NCBI GenBank assembly: GCA_044360195.1
Contig: JBIKKT010000014.1
Location: 919-64,918 of the forward strand
DNA: 64,000 bases
Reading direction: 5' to 3'
Origin: Bdellovibrionota bacterium
Lineage (GTDB): Bacteria; Bdellovibrionota_C; UBA2361; OMII01
The notes below the pieces were generated by a model, which saw nothing but the letters and a program-made list of their open reading frames with translations, was not told the DNA's origin and did not search any database. Shown here piece by piece: positions 1-11,400 of the stretch. Position numbers and translations under genes: made by a program. Every line of letters begins with the position of its first letter. The stretch's first letter is position 1.

Positions 1-1
1 T

Positions 2-1000
2 TACAGCCTCATGATGGGAACCTCTCTGCTGATATACTTCTTTAATCAGAAAGGGAGCTCTGTAGCTTTCGACGTCGCGCAAGCGTACGTACTGCTCAAT
101 TACCTTGATAGGATATTCGGCGCGATATCTTCTTTTACAGGTTACTACGGAGGAATTATCGAAGCAGCTACAGCATACGATGACGCCTCCTCGGTGCTCA
201 CCGAATCAAAGCAGCTCAACGTGGCAAGCAGATCCTCAGCGCTTCCGCCGTCCTGGGAGAGATTTACCCTCAAGGACGTGGAATTTTCCTACGGGGGCGC
301 TGTACCAAATTTAAAGGGCGTGTCGCTCTCCCTACAACGAGGCGAGAAGATCGCACTTGTGGGGCCAAGCGGTGGAGGAAAATCAACCCTGCTCAAGGTT
401 ATGTCTGGGATGCTAAGCGCTCAACGTGGAGAAGCAGTAACCCCGGATGGCACACACTTCTCCCTTGAAGACGTGGCTGATGTGAGCCTACTCGTTCCGC
501 AGGAGCCTGAGATCTTCTCCGAAACGGTGCGCTACAACTTAAGCTTCAACCAAGACTTCACCCCAACTCAACTACAACGAGCGATTGAGCTGTGTCGCAT
601 CGATCACATCCTGCAGAAGCTCCCGAACGGCTGGGACAGTACAATGGAGGAAGCCGGTCTCAACATCTCAGTTGGAGAACGACAGCGCCTCGCACTGGCG
701 CGCGGAATTCTGCGAGCGCCTGGCAAACACATCCTGCTCATGGATGAGCCCACATCAAGTCTTGATCCACTCACTGAGAAACAGATCTTTACCGGAATTT
801 TGCACGAGTTTCGTGACCAAACGATAATCACAGCCTGTCACCGGCTGGCACTCGTACCGTTGTTTGATAAGATCGTGTACATCCGAGATGGTCGCATAGA
901 AGAGGTAGGTTCGTTCCCTGAGCTGCGCGCAGCAGGTCGAGCCTTTGCTATCGCTTGGGCAGACTATGAGCGCACCGTCGTAAGCGGAGAACCGAGTTAG
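2..1000 (+). CDS. ABC exporter, end of the membrane domain plus nucleotide-binding domain (5' partial, continues upstream of the window)
   Basis: The frame is open from the window edge. Walker A GPSGGGKST, ABC signature ISVGERQRLALAR, Walker B ILLMDEPTSSLD and an H-loop-like ACHRL are present. The stop is TAG at 998-1000 and the next gene starts 3 nt later. Confidence 0.85.
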   Translation, partial: YSLMMGTSLLIYFFNQKGSSVAFDVAQAYVLLNYLDRIFGAISSFTGYYGGIIEAATAYDDASSVLTESKQLNVASRSSALPPSWERFTLKDVEFSYGGAVPNLKGVSLSLQRGEKIALVGPSGGGKSTLLKVMSGMLSAQRGEAVTPDGTHFSLEDVADVSLLVPQEPEIFSETVRYNLSFNQDFTPTQLQRAIELCRIDHILQKLPNGWDSTMEEAGLNISVGERQRLALARGILRAPGKHILLMDEPTSSLDPLTEKQIFTGILHEFRDQTIITACHRLALVPLFDKIVYIRDGRIEEVGSFPELRAAGRAFAIAWADYERTVVSGEPS

Positions 1001-1003
1001 GCG

Positions 1004-2671
1004 ATGGCGAATATCGACAGAAAAACGGTGCGGTGGTTTCTAACCCTCACCCGACCCTTCTTCCGCTCCGAATTGCGGTGGCGCGCGCTGGGGCTTGTTG
1101 TACTCCTCCTAACCCTCTCACTCACTCTGAATTCTATCGCCTTTAAGATGAACTACATCACGGGTCGCTTCATGACAGCGCTGCAGACCCGAAACACTGC
1201 CGCGTTTTATGACGAGATCTTTACCTTCGTACTAGCTTTCCTCATCCTCACACCGATAGTCGTATCGTATAGTTACACGGAGCAAAGGCTTAGCCTTTTG
1301 TGGCGGCGCTGGCTTAGCCACCGCATCTTAGCGCGCTACTTTCACAACCGGGCGTATTATAGACTCAATCTCCGCGGAGACATCGATAATCCCGACCAAC
1401 GTATCGAAGCAGATGTTAAGGCGTTCTGCGCCAACAGCTTGACGTTCTGTCTCATCCTTTTCAGCTCAACCGTCCAGCTCTTCCTTTTCGTATCTCGGCT
1501 ATGGGAGATATCGTGGATGCTTCCGGTTGCAGCGTTCGCGTATGCAACGCTTGGCTCCCTCGTGACGTACTTCCTCGGCCGACCACTCATCGGACTCAAT
1601 TTTTCGCAGTTTAAGAAGGATGCCGACTATCGCTATAAGTTGGTAAACGTGCGCGATAGTGCGGAAGCTATCGCTTTCTATGGCCGCGAAACCCGCGAGT
1701 ATGTTCGAACGAGGCAGCGCCTGAAATCAGCTCTGATCAATGCTCTTCAGGTGGTGAATTGGAACAGAAATTTGCAATTCTTTACAAATCCCTACAACTA
1801 CTTCTTAGGAATCCTTCCTACCCTCATCGTTGCGCCCCTGTTCTTTAAGGGACAGATCGAATTTGGAGCAGTAATAGAAGCCGGCGGTGCCTTTGCGGTG
1901 GTAATCAATGCGCTCTCAATTGTAGTAAACAACTTTTCTAATTTAAGCGTATTTGCAGCCGTCACTAATCGTCTCGGGTCCTTTTGGGATGCCGTCGAGG
2001 ACGTCTCGGGCTCAGGCGCCTCTGGTCAAAGAATTAAAACGAGTATCGGCTCTCCACTTGAATTTCGCTCCGTGACTATTTGGACCCCACGGCGAGAGCA
2101 GGTATTGATACGAGACCTCAGCTTCTCACTCCAGGGACGATCACTGCTTATCAGCGGCGCCAGTGGAACGGGAAAGAGTTCAATCTTACGGGTTACAGCA
2201 GGCCTCTGGGATGCGGGCGCGGGACAGATAATTCGTCCCAATCTCGATAATGCGCTCTTCCTGCCTCAGCGACCGTATATGGTACTTGGATCGCTTCGCT
2301 CCCAACTAACCTACGGCATATCACGTGGTTCTGTTCTCGACCGGGATCTCCGTGCAGTGCTTGAGAAAGTTCGATTAATGGAGATGGTTGAGCGCGTTGG
2401 GGGACTTGATGTCACACTCGATTGGCCCAACGTGCTTGGCACGGGAGAGCAACAGAAGCTCGCTTTTGCACGGCTATTCCTACTACGACCTAAGATGGCA
2501 TTTCTTGATGAGGCAACAACTGCGATGGACAGGAGCGTTGAGCAAGCGCTTTACAAAATGCTGCCCGAGCATGTTGAGCAGTACGTCAGCACCGGAAGCT
2601 TCTCAGACCTAACAGAGTTTCACGAGCACACAGTTAAATTGCTGGGGGATGGCACATGGGCCTACGAGTAA
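1004..2671 (+). CDS. Fused permease/ATPase ABC transporter of the ABCD / SbmA-BacA-like (YddA-type) family
   Basis: The N-terminal ~330 aa is hydrophobic and carries the NPDQRIEADV motif I associate with the ABC_membrane_2/SbmA_BacA fold. Walker A GASGTGKSS, signature GTGEQQKLAFARL and Walker B MAFLDEATTAMD are present. A GGAGA lies upstream of the ATG, and the gene is tightly coupled to the preceding ABC gene. Confidence 0.8.
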   Translation: MANIDRKTVRWFLTLTRPFFRSELRWRALGLVVLLLTLSLTLNSIAFKMNYITGRFMTALQTRNTAAFYDEIFTFVLAFLILTPIVVSYSYTEQRLSLLWRRWLSHRILARYFHNRAYYRLNLRGDIDNPDQRIEADVKAFCANSLTFCLILFSSTVQLFLFVSRLWEISWMLPVAAFAYATLGSLVTYFLGRPLIGLNFSQFKKDADYRYKLVNVRDSAEAIAFYGRETREYVRTRQRLKSALINALQVVNWNRNLQFFTNPYNYFLGILPTLIVAPLFFKGQIEFGAVIEAGGAFAVVINALSIVVNNFSNLSVFAAVTNRLGSFWDAVEDVSGSGASGQRIKTSIGSPLEFRSVTIWTPRREQVLIRDLSFSLQGRSLLISGASGTGKSSILRVTAGLWDAGAGQIIRPNLDNALFLPQRPYMVLGSLRSQLTYGISRGSVLDRDLRAVLEKVRLMEMVERVGGLDVTLDWPNVLGTGEQQKLAFARLFLLRPKMAFLDEATTAMDRSVEQALYKMLPEHVEQYVSTGSFSDLTEFHEHTVKLLGDGTWAYE

Positions 2672-5364
2672 TTCATCCCTTAATCGTTCTGGCGCTCCTA
2701 TGCGCATACGCTCCATGGGTTAACGCCCAGCAAGGCGTAAAGGAGGCGATCTTTGAGAATTGTGACGACGCGCGCAAATCCTTTCTTGCTCTTTCACCCC
2801 TCGAGCAACGACAAACGTTTGACTTCCTCACCCGTATTGTTGCTCTCAATACCCAGACCCCTGCATCACCGGAAGTTTTTCCGGTGATACCAGGACAGCA
2901 ACCTGGAACCCACCTTGGCTCATCAATTAGTCGTGAATCCGCTCCCGGCCATATGTGGCAGGCAACCGATGCGAAACGCGAGCTGCGTGCCAAGCGATGT
3001 GCTCTTGAGCTTTTTCTCGCCGCTAACGCCGAAGCTCTAGTGGCGCTGCCGGATCTTATCAAGGTGTACAGCGAACAAAACTTGAGCGACGAAGTGGCTG
3101 TTGCCTTAGAAGAGACCTCAGCGAATATCGCCGAGGCTGCTCACCGAGCAGGCATGCTGCCCACAGAAGCAGATATCGATGCCGTTGCTCGTCACCTTCT
3201 CAGTGAACACCCCCTTCTTGCGCAAAATTTTCTGCTCGAATTTCCGATCATCACCACTCCTCGCGTAGTAAAGATTCTTGCTTCAGCTCCGGAAGAATCG
3301 CGAGGTGTTGTCCTAGCAACCCTCAAGCAGCTTGACCCCGATGGAAGCAGGGGCTTGAGGGCATTCCTTGAGATGGCGCGCACCCTGTCGAGCGAAGAGG
3401 TATCGATACTTTCAAAGAGACTCCCCCTCCCGCCCTCGCCAGACGGATTACGACCGTACGCTGTGGATATCGTGCGACTTGCGGCTGACCCGCACTATAC
3501 TAGGCCCACGACGCCACTCCTCGGCCGAACGTGCGTAGCTCTTAACGACCTAGCGGTAGATTATTTATCGAATGCAGAGATCGCTCAAAAGCTTGACATT
3601 CACATCGATGGCTTGCTCTCTCGCCCAGAGCAAATCTGCCTCATTAAAGACTTCCCGGCTCTTGCCGTGCGAACAGCTCTTGAGGTTACATCAACGGACG
3701 AAGCGGTCGTACTTCGCACGCTTCCTCTGATCTCTTCGACAGCTCCGCACCTGAACGGCGAGAATCGCACAACTGTATTCAGTCGTCTAAAAGATCTTGT
3801 TTTTGCCAACACGCCGCATGTCTCACCTCAAGCAGTAGAAGCGCTCACAGTTTTCATCGATAGACGTGGCGAGATCCTTACACTGCTACTGAATGTACTC
3901 TCCTCACCCACCCTGAAGGGAGATGCATCCACCTCAGCAACTCTGCTACACGCAGCAGCGATGCGGGCGGCTATCACCCTTGGCATAGGCAAAGAAGCAG
4001 TCCGCTTTACTCCGATTATAATGAGCGCGGTAAATTCCGGCTTTGCCTTCGAAGATGCCCGACAAGTCGCTACATCTCACCCAACCCTCGAAGCCGATCT
4101 GCTTAAAATTCTCCCGCGTAGCTCAGCCGATGCAGTTAATCGAGCGCTGCTTCTTCTAGCAGACCGACCATCGCTATCAAGCAGAGCGACTCCTCCGCTG
4201 GCTGAAGTCCTGAGAAGCGGCATACACAATTCAACCGTCTACGCCGCACTAGCGAAAGTTGGCCCGAGTGCATCGAGCGCTATCAGGAAGGTGCTCCCAA
4301 AAGGCCCCTCCCCGAAGAGAATTACTGGACTTAGCCTGCTTGCACTCTTTCGAACCGCAACAAAACAGGAGGCGTCAGAGCTTACAACGCTTCTTGCATC
4401 CGCCGATTGCGCACAGCTTCCCACCGACCCCAACGTAATTACGCTCCTTCAAAACCGCAAGGATGTAGGTCAATCCTCGGTATCTTCAATGCTCGCCACT
4501 ACCGGGGCATGTATCCCTACTTTGAGCGATGACGCGGCTATGCGCCTGATCGAGAACATCCCCGCAATCCTTCCCTCAAGTTGCGCCCCAGCTACCGAGC
4601 GTTTAGCAGCGACTCAACTCTCACAAGCCCTTACTTCAATGCTTGCCGAAAAGTTTCTGACCTCAGACACCTGCCCGCAATTTATTGCAAAGACACTTCT
4701 GCAGGGGCACGTACAAGCTCAAGCCACCACGCTCAAACACTTATCAAGTAGAGCTTCTGCCGACGACGCGGTGCTCGCTGCTGCGCAGGAAGCCCTTCGT
4801 GAGATGGATTCAACGTCGGACCTCTACTTCGACTACGCGACCGTGCTGGCGAAGCTAGCGCCACACAGTTACGACTGGAGGCATCTGGTTCGAGATGCGA
4901 TTACAGCAGCAGGAAAAAACCAACCGATAGATCGTGCCCTTCAGGTGATACGCTTCCTACCTGCCGGAGTTGTACTCGAGGAAGTTGCCCCTGCCTTGAG
5001 CTCTGACTCTCCTGAACGGATCGTCGGCGGCTGCCACGTGGGGGCAGCGCTTGGTGCGCAAGCAGTGCCGATCGTCTCTAAGTTGTGGAACCTACGCGAG
5101 AAGCGTCATCCCTCGATTCGATATGCAACATCGCTGGCGCTGCTTGAAATCAACCCCCTGACTCCCGAGCTTCAGGACGCGCTGCGACAGATCCTCGTCA
5201 ACCGCTATTTTACCTGGGCGCTCAGTAAGCCGATTCGATGGCAACAAACAGTGGCCCTCATAGAGCTACCCAAGGCTGAGTTCGGAACCCTCCGCACACT
5301 TCACCTTGAGCGCCTGATTACCACTAGCGCAGCAGGCTCTTCAGCGCCCCGGGCCGCCAAGTGA
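2656..5364 (+). CDS. Exported Leu/Ala-rich helical-repeat protein, function unknown
   Basis: 902-aa ORF. The N-terminus MGLRVIHPLIVLALLCAYAPWVNA-QQ looks like a Sec signal peptide. The start overlaps the upstream ABC gene by 16 nt. The composition is strongly Leu/Ala-rich, and I recognise no catalytic motif. Confidence 0.6.
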   Translation: MGLRVIHPLIVLALLCAYAPWVNAQQGVKEAIFENCDDARKSFLALSPLEQRQTFDFLTRIVALNTQTPASPEVFPVIPGQQPGTHLGSSISRESAPGHMWQATDAKRELRAKRCALELFLAANAEALVALPDLIKVYSEQNLSDEVAVALEETSANIAEAAHRAGMLPTEADIDAVARHLLSEHPLLAQNFLLEFPIITTPRVVKILASAPEESRGVVLATLKQLDPDGSRGLRAFLEMARTLSSEEVSILSKRLPLPPSPDGLRPYAVDIVRLAADPHYTRPTTPLLGRTCVALNDLAVDYLSNAEIAQKLDIHIDGLLSRPEQICLIKDFPALAVRTALEVTSTDEAVVLRTLPLISSTAPHLNGENRTTVFSRLKDLVFANTPHVSPQAVEALTVFIDRRGEILTLLLNVLSSPTLKGDASTSATLLHAAAMRAAITLGIGKEAVRFTPIIMSAVNSGFAFEDARQVATSHPTLEADLLKILPRSSADAVNRALLLLADRPSLSSRATPPLAEVLRSGIHNSTVYAALAKVGPSASSAIRKVLPKGPSPKRITGLSLLALFRTATKQEASELTTLLASADCAQLPTDPNVITLLQNRKDVGQSSVSSMLATTGACIPTLSDDAAMRLIENIPAILPSSCAPATERLAATQLSQALTSMLAEKFLTSDTCPQFIAKTLLQGHVQAQATTLKHLSSRASADDAVLAAAQEALREMDSTSDLYFDYATVLAKLAPHSYDWRHLVRDAITAAGKNQPIDRALQVIRFLPAGVVLEEVAPALSSDSPERIVGGCHVGAALGAQAVPIVSKLWNLREKRHPSIRYATSLALLEINPLTPELQDALRQILVNRYFTWALSKPIRWQQTVALIELPKAEFGTLRTLHLERLITTSAAGSSAPRAAK

Positions 5365-5423
5365 GCGGCATCGCCCTACCTGGTAAAATACCCACTCTTG
5401 CTAGGTAAAACCCGTGCTAAGGG

Positions 5424-5452
5424 TTACGAAATTTTCCAAAAATGTGTATAGT
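5424..5452 (+). promoter_or_regulatory. Candidate sigma-70 promoter upstream of the glucan synthase gene
   Basis: TTACGA (5424-5429), a 17-nt spacer, then TATAGT (5447-5452), about 44 nt upstream of the GTG start at 5496. This is a pattern match only. Confidence 0.3.
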
Positions 5453-5495
5453 CTGCGGGTCCGAACTGTAGCATACGTTTTTCATAGGTCCTGAT

Positions 5496-8400
5496 GTGAC
5501 AACGCCGTTTTCGCTCTTCGCACCGGTCTCTTCCTCACTTGCAACTCTCAAAGAGAAACTACTATCGGCCCCCCTCTTCAGCGGCCCGGAGACACCGTGG
5601 CGACCACAGGTACTATCTCGCGAAGCGCTTGGTGAACTCGCGCTATCGATCGCAGAGCAACACCGCGGCACCTTCGTTGTTACTCGCTCTACTAGATTAC
5701 TAACGACCTACAACGCGAATCGCGCCATGTTGCGACGCGTCTACCTCAGACTAGCCGAGGCGGCTCATAAAGGAGAGACCCTTACAGCGGGTGCCGAGTG
5801 GCTCCTCGACAACTATCATGTTGTTGAGCGTCACGCTGCCGCAATTAAGAAGTACCTCCCGTGGAGTTTCTATCGCACCCTCCCAAAATTTACGCAGGGT
5901 GAATTAAAAGGCTTTCCTCGCGTCTATCACCTTGCGCTTGAATTTATCATGCACACCGACGCCGCACTTGACTCCCAGCTGGCGTCTTTTTTCCTCGGTG
6001 CATACCAACAAAAGCTAGAACTCTCTTCCGGAGAGCTGTGGGCCTTCCCGATCATGTTGCGTTTTGCACTCCTTGAAAACCTGCGTCGCTTAACGCGCGA
6101 GGCCGAGCGCGAGTTACTAGCGAGAAGAGACGTTTTTTCCCTCGTAGATACCGTCCTTGGTGATGAGTCACGCACAGGAACCGAGATCATGGTCGAGCTT
6201 GCACGTAGACTCTCTGAGCGCGAGAGCTTTTTACCACATGGGGCGCTCGAGCTTCTCAGACGCCTTCGCGGTCGTGGTCGCAAAGCCTTTATGGCTCTGC
6301 AGTTCCTCGAGGAAGCACTGCGCGAACGCGGACTCGATCCAGAGGACCTCTTACGCGCTGAAGATCACAATCAAGCAGCCCGGCAGATCTCTGTAGGCAA
6401 CACCCTTACCTCACTCACCGCCATCGATCAGATGAATTGGCGTGAGTGGTTTGAGGGCGTAAGCCTGGCTGACCGTGTCCTAAAAGGAGACCCAGCTAAT
6501 CTCTATGCGCGGAGCGATTTCCCAACGCGCGATGCACTACGCCACGAAGTAGAACTCCTGGCAAAAGCGCTAAAGACTTCAGACTCTCAGGTATCAACAG
6601 TTGTTGTTCAATGCGCCAAGGAAGCAGCGACTAACCATCCAGGCACAGATCCTCAGTCTCTGGTGGAGAAACACGTTGGGCATTTTCTGATCGCCGAGGG
6701 TCGCTCAAAGCTAGAACGCAAACTCAACTATACTCCCCCGCTGCATCGTTCAATAACTCGCTTCTTGACTCGTCACGCACTTGGTACATACCTCGGCTCA
6801 TTTGCCCTCATCTCGTTCTTACTCTTGGGATACGTATGTTTGATATCCGAGTGGGCGGAAGCAAGCGCACTGCTACTGTTAACAACCCTGCTCATCGGCC
6901 TCCTCCCAGTTTCAGAGCTCGCTTCAAGCCTAGTTCAATATCTAGTCTCGCGATGGGTTATTCCCCGCCCTCTTCCCAAGCTCTCGCTTGAAGGTTCAAT
7001 TCCCCCCGAACTTAAGACTCTCGTTGTTGTGCATACGATCTTCAGTAGTCCAGGTTCAGTGCAACGAGCTATCGATGGGCTAGAGGTGCGTTTTCTAGCC
7101 AATGATGACCCCGCTTTCACTTTTGTACTGATGGCAGATCTCCCTGATGCTCGCACCGAACAGACATCCCTCGATGATTCTATTATCGCAGCCGCCGCAG
7201 AGGGGATTGAGACCCTCAATCAACGACATGCCGCCAACGGGGCCAAGCGCTTCCTGCTCTTTTTCCGCTCACGGCTATGGAACCCGCATGAAGGGGCATG
7301 GATGGCGTGGGAGCGAAAACGAGGCAAACTTGAGGAATTGAATCGCTACCTCCTCGGAGACACCTCAACTACGCTACACCTTGTTGTAGGCGAACATGAG
7401 CAGCTCAAAGGGGTGAAATACGTTATTACTCTTGATAGCGACTCACAGCTCTCGCGCGACGTAGCCAAAAAGCTAGTGGCAACGATCTCGCATCCAATGA
7501 ACAGGCCTGTTATCGATCCACGGGTAAACCGGGTTGTGCGTGGTTACGCTTTCATTCAGCCACGCGTAACAATTTCGCTCACCTCGGCTACAAACTCATT
7601 TTTTTCGCGGCTCTTCTCTGGACAGGCCGGCCTCGACCCTTATACCAACGTCGTCTCCGAAGTGTATCAAGACCTTTTTGGCGAAGGATCTTTTTGGGGC
7701 AAAGGTATCTATGATGTCGAGTCATTCGAACGGGTGCTGCACAATAGAGTCCCAGAGAATGCACTGCTCAGTCACGACCTCTTTGAGGGCTCTTTTGCCC
7801 GCGTCGCTCTAGCCTCTGACATTGAGCTGTACGATGACTTCCCTTCCCGATACATGGCGTACTCAAAGCGGCTACACCGCTGGGTACGAGGCGACTGGCA
7901 GCTTTTGCCGTGGCTCAATGTGAGCGTGCCAACTCGCAGTGGTCGCGCCCAAAACCAGCTCTCCTGGCTATCTCTTTGGAAAATGTTCGATAACCTCCGG
8001 CGCAGCCTCCTTCCGCCAGCATCGCTGTTGGCTATACTTGGTGGATGGCTCTTCCTTCCCGGAGGTCCACTTGTGTGGACGGTGCTCATTCTTCTTGTGA
8101 TGACCTTCCCGATGTTCACCGGCCTTGCAAGCGTTTTTGCGCTTCCAAGCGTTGGTATCTCGATCGGCGGCTTTCTCGGAGATATCGGGAGAGACCTGTG
8201 GCGTAACACGATTCGCGCTCTATGCGGCATTGCCTTCCTGCCCCACCAAGCAGGGCTTATGCTACATGCTATCTCGGTCACGCTGTACCGCGTGTACGTA
8301 AGCAAGAACAACCTCCTTGAATGGGAACCTGCTGAACGATCGGAGCGGCGCGGTAAGAATGAACACCGTGACTTCTTGCGACTCTTTGCCCTGCCGATGG

Positions 8401-11400
8401 CAGCTGCAACAGTTGCGTGCGTCGTTGCCGCGCTTGAAGACAAGTCGACTCTGTCGTTCTCGCTTCCTATTATGGCGCTGTGGCTCTCTTCGCCGTGGCT
8501 TGCGCGGTTGGCTTCGCAACCAACAGAGGCATCTACGGCGAAGGCTTCAGAAGCTGACGAGCGGTATCTTCGTGCGGCTGCATACGACACGTGGAGATTC
8601 TTCGACGATCATCTGCGAGAAGAGTTTAACTACCTCATGCCAGACAACTTGCAGATAATCCCCAAAGAGATTATCGCAGAACGAACGTCTCCAACGAACG
8701 TCTCGCTCTCGATCTTAAGCGTTATTTCAGCTTACGACCTAGGATTTATTCCTTTTACTGATGCTATAGCCCGAGTCTCGCACACCATTGCAACGATGAC
8801 CCGAATGGAGAAGTACCGTGGGCATCTCTTTAACTGGTACGCGATTTGCTCTCTTGCGCCGCTCCACCCGCGCTACATTTCTACTGTGGATAGTGGAAAC
8901 CTACTGGGTCACCTATACACCTTTCTCACGATTCTCGAGGGAGCTGGCAAAACGCCACTTCTCACCGCTGCGCACGCATACGCTCTGAGAGCCGCGCTCA
9001 ACGACTGCGGCTCAGGGATAACTGCCCTTGAAGCAACGCTCACTCCACCACTCTCAGCTCTCAGACGAGAGGTGAACGATGAGTCCTCGTGCCAAGGAAC
9101 TGCATGGGTAGCTGCGGTAACAAACCTTGCACCAGATTTCACGACTCGCTTACGCGAAGCCGCTGAGAGCCTACCAGAAAACAAGGCGGCACTCCTCAAG
9201 GTCGCTTATCTACTCGACCACATTCGCAAGACATCCGATTGTCTCGGCTGGGTTGTAGCGCTCCAAGAGTTAGTAGCCCTGACTCGGCGCGCACCCGAGG
9301 CAGAGAAGGTGCGATCGTCGGCTGAATTTGCCGCTCTAGCAACAAAAGCAACTAAAGCTTTTCACATAGCCTCCCGCTCAACGCTCTCACCTGAGCAGAT
9401 AGAAGACCTAGCCTCTGATCTTCTGCCTGACCTGCAGGCAGTAGTGGTTCATGCTCCATCGGCTGAGATTCAGAACGTGGCAGAGCGAGTTGTGAACTTA
9501 CTTGAGCGCGCTCAAAAGACGATACGAGAGTTCACTGATCTGATTACAAACATAAAAGAGCAGGTCGGTGTTCTCATTCGCGATATGGACTTTTCGTTCC
9601 TCTTCGACGAAGGACGCTCACTCTTTACTATCGGCTTTAATACCGAACACGCACGCAGAGACTCAAGCTTCTATGATCTCCTTGCCTCTGAAGCGAGGCT
9701 CTTAAGCTTCCTCGCCGTGGCACGCGGTGAAGTGTCGCAAAAGCATTGGTTCTCGCTCGGGCGCTCATTGGCAACCACACCCGGCGGGAAGGCTCTCATC
9801 TCGTGGAGCGGTACGATGTTCGAGTACCTAATGCCCTTTGTCGTTATGAAGGACTTTCCAACTACTATCCTGGGACGAACGGGACGAGCAGTTGTTGGTG
9901 CCCAGATTGCATACGGCAGAAGACAGTCTGTGCCGTGGGGAATATCCGAGTCTGCGTATAGCGGTGTTGACTTTGAGAAGACGTATCAGTACCGCGCTTT
10001 CGGTGTTCCGGGGCTTGGACTGAAGCGTGGACTTTCTGAGGATCTGGTTGTATCTCCCTACTCGACCTTCCTTGCGCTTCCATTTATTGGATCAACGGAT
10101 ATCGCTGTCGACAATCTCCGTTTACTTGAACAACAGGGCGCTCGCGGCGTATATGGTTTCTATGAGGCGGTAGATTACACTCCGAGTCGACATTTGCGGG
10201 CTGATGGTAAGCACGTCGTTCAGTCGTTCTTCGCCCACCACCAGGGTATGTCGCTTGTGAGCATCAACAATGCGCTCAATGACAGTATAATGTGCGAGCG
10301 ATTCCACGCTCAGCCCATCGTTAAATCGACCGAACTACTGCTCCATGAGCGTTTTCCCGACCGAGTTGCGACAATCGTTCCTCATGAACCGGAGCTGGCC
10401 ACCATCCAACGCGAGGAAGCACCGAAAGAGGAACCCGGTCTTGAAATAGTCACGTCCCCGAATACCGTTGCACCTCGGGTGCGCATCCTCTCAAACGGTC
10501 GATACTCGGTCATGGTTGACTCATCGGGTGCCGGCTTCAGCTCATTCGACCGTTCGATCGTCCTCACACGTTGGCGCGAGGACCCAACATCTTCACCTCT
10601 AGGATCATTCATCTACGTGCACGACGTAAAAAGCGATCACCTCTGGTCTGTCGCGTATCAGCCGACTCGCTCTGAGCCTGATTCCTACGAAGCGATTTTT
10701 AGCCCAGGACGGGCTGAGTTCAAACGCTTCGATCAGAAAGTCTTTGTCCACACTGAGATAACCGTGGCGCCTGAAGATGATGTTGAACTTAGACGTGTTA
10801 CCGTCACTAACCTTGGCGATACCGAGCGCGAGTTCGACGTCATTAGTTACATTGAGCCGGTTCTCAACCAGCGTCGTGCTGATTACGCACATCCCGCCTT
10901 TAACAAGCTCTTTGTACGCGCAGAGGTACTCAAGGACTACGATGCGATTATGTTCTCACGTAGACCGCGCACTGAACACGAGAAGGAGATCTTCTTCTTC
11001 CATCGCGTAACGCTTAAGACAAGTTATGCGCCGATAATTTTTGAGACCTCGCGCGCTGATTTTATCGGTCGAGGGGGCTCCCTCGAGCGGCCTGCTGCAT
11101 TGACTCGACCGGGCAAGCAGATAACATCGGCTGAATCGAGCATTGATCCGTTGGCATCGCTGCGGTGTCGCATCAGGCTTGAACCGGGTGCAAGCGAGAC
11201 GCTGGTCTTTGTATCGGGAGCAGCTCGTGTTCGTAAAGACGCGCAGCTTCTCCTTGAGCGATATCAGGAGTTGATGCACGTCAACCGAGCCTTTGAGCTT
11301 TCCTGGAGCCGGGCGCAGGTTGAGCTTCGCAGCCACGCCTATACTGCTTCACAAGCCGACCTCTTTCACCGGCTTGCCGGCTGCTTGTTTTACAACGAGG

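Noticed and set aside
7772-8590. 272-aa minus-strand ORF inside ndvB (one of many antisense ORFs between 5.9 and 14.1 kb)
   Set aside because: It is antisense to a strongly supported 2952-aa gene. Its Arg/Ser/Ala-rich composition is typical of shadow frames in GC-rich coding DNA.
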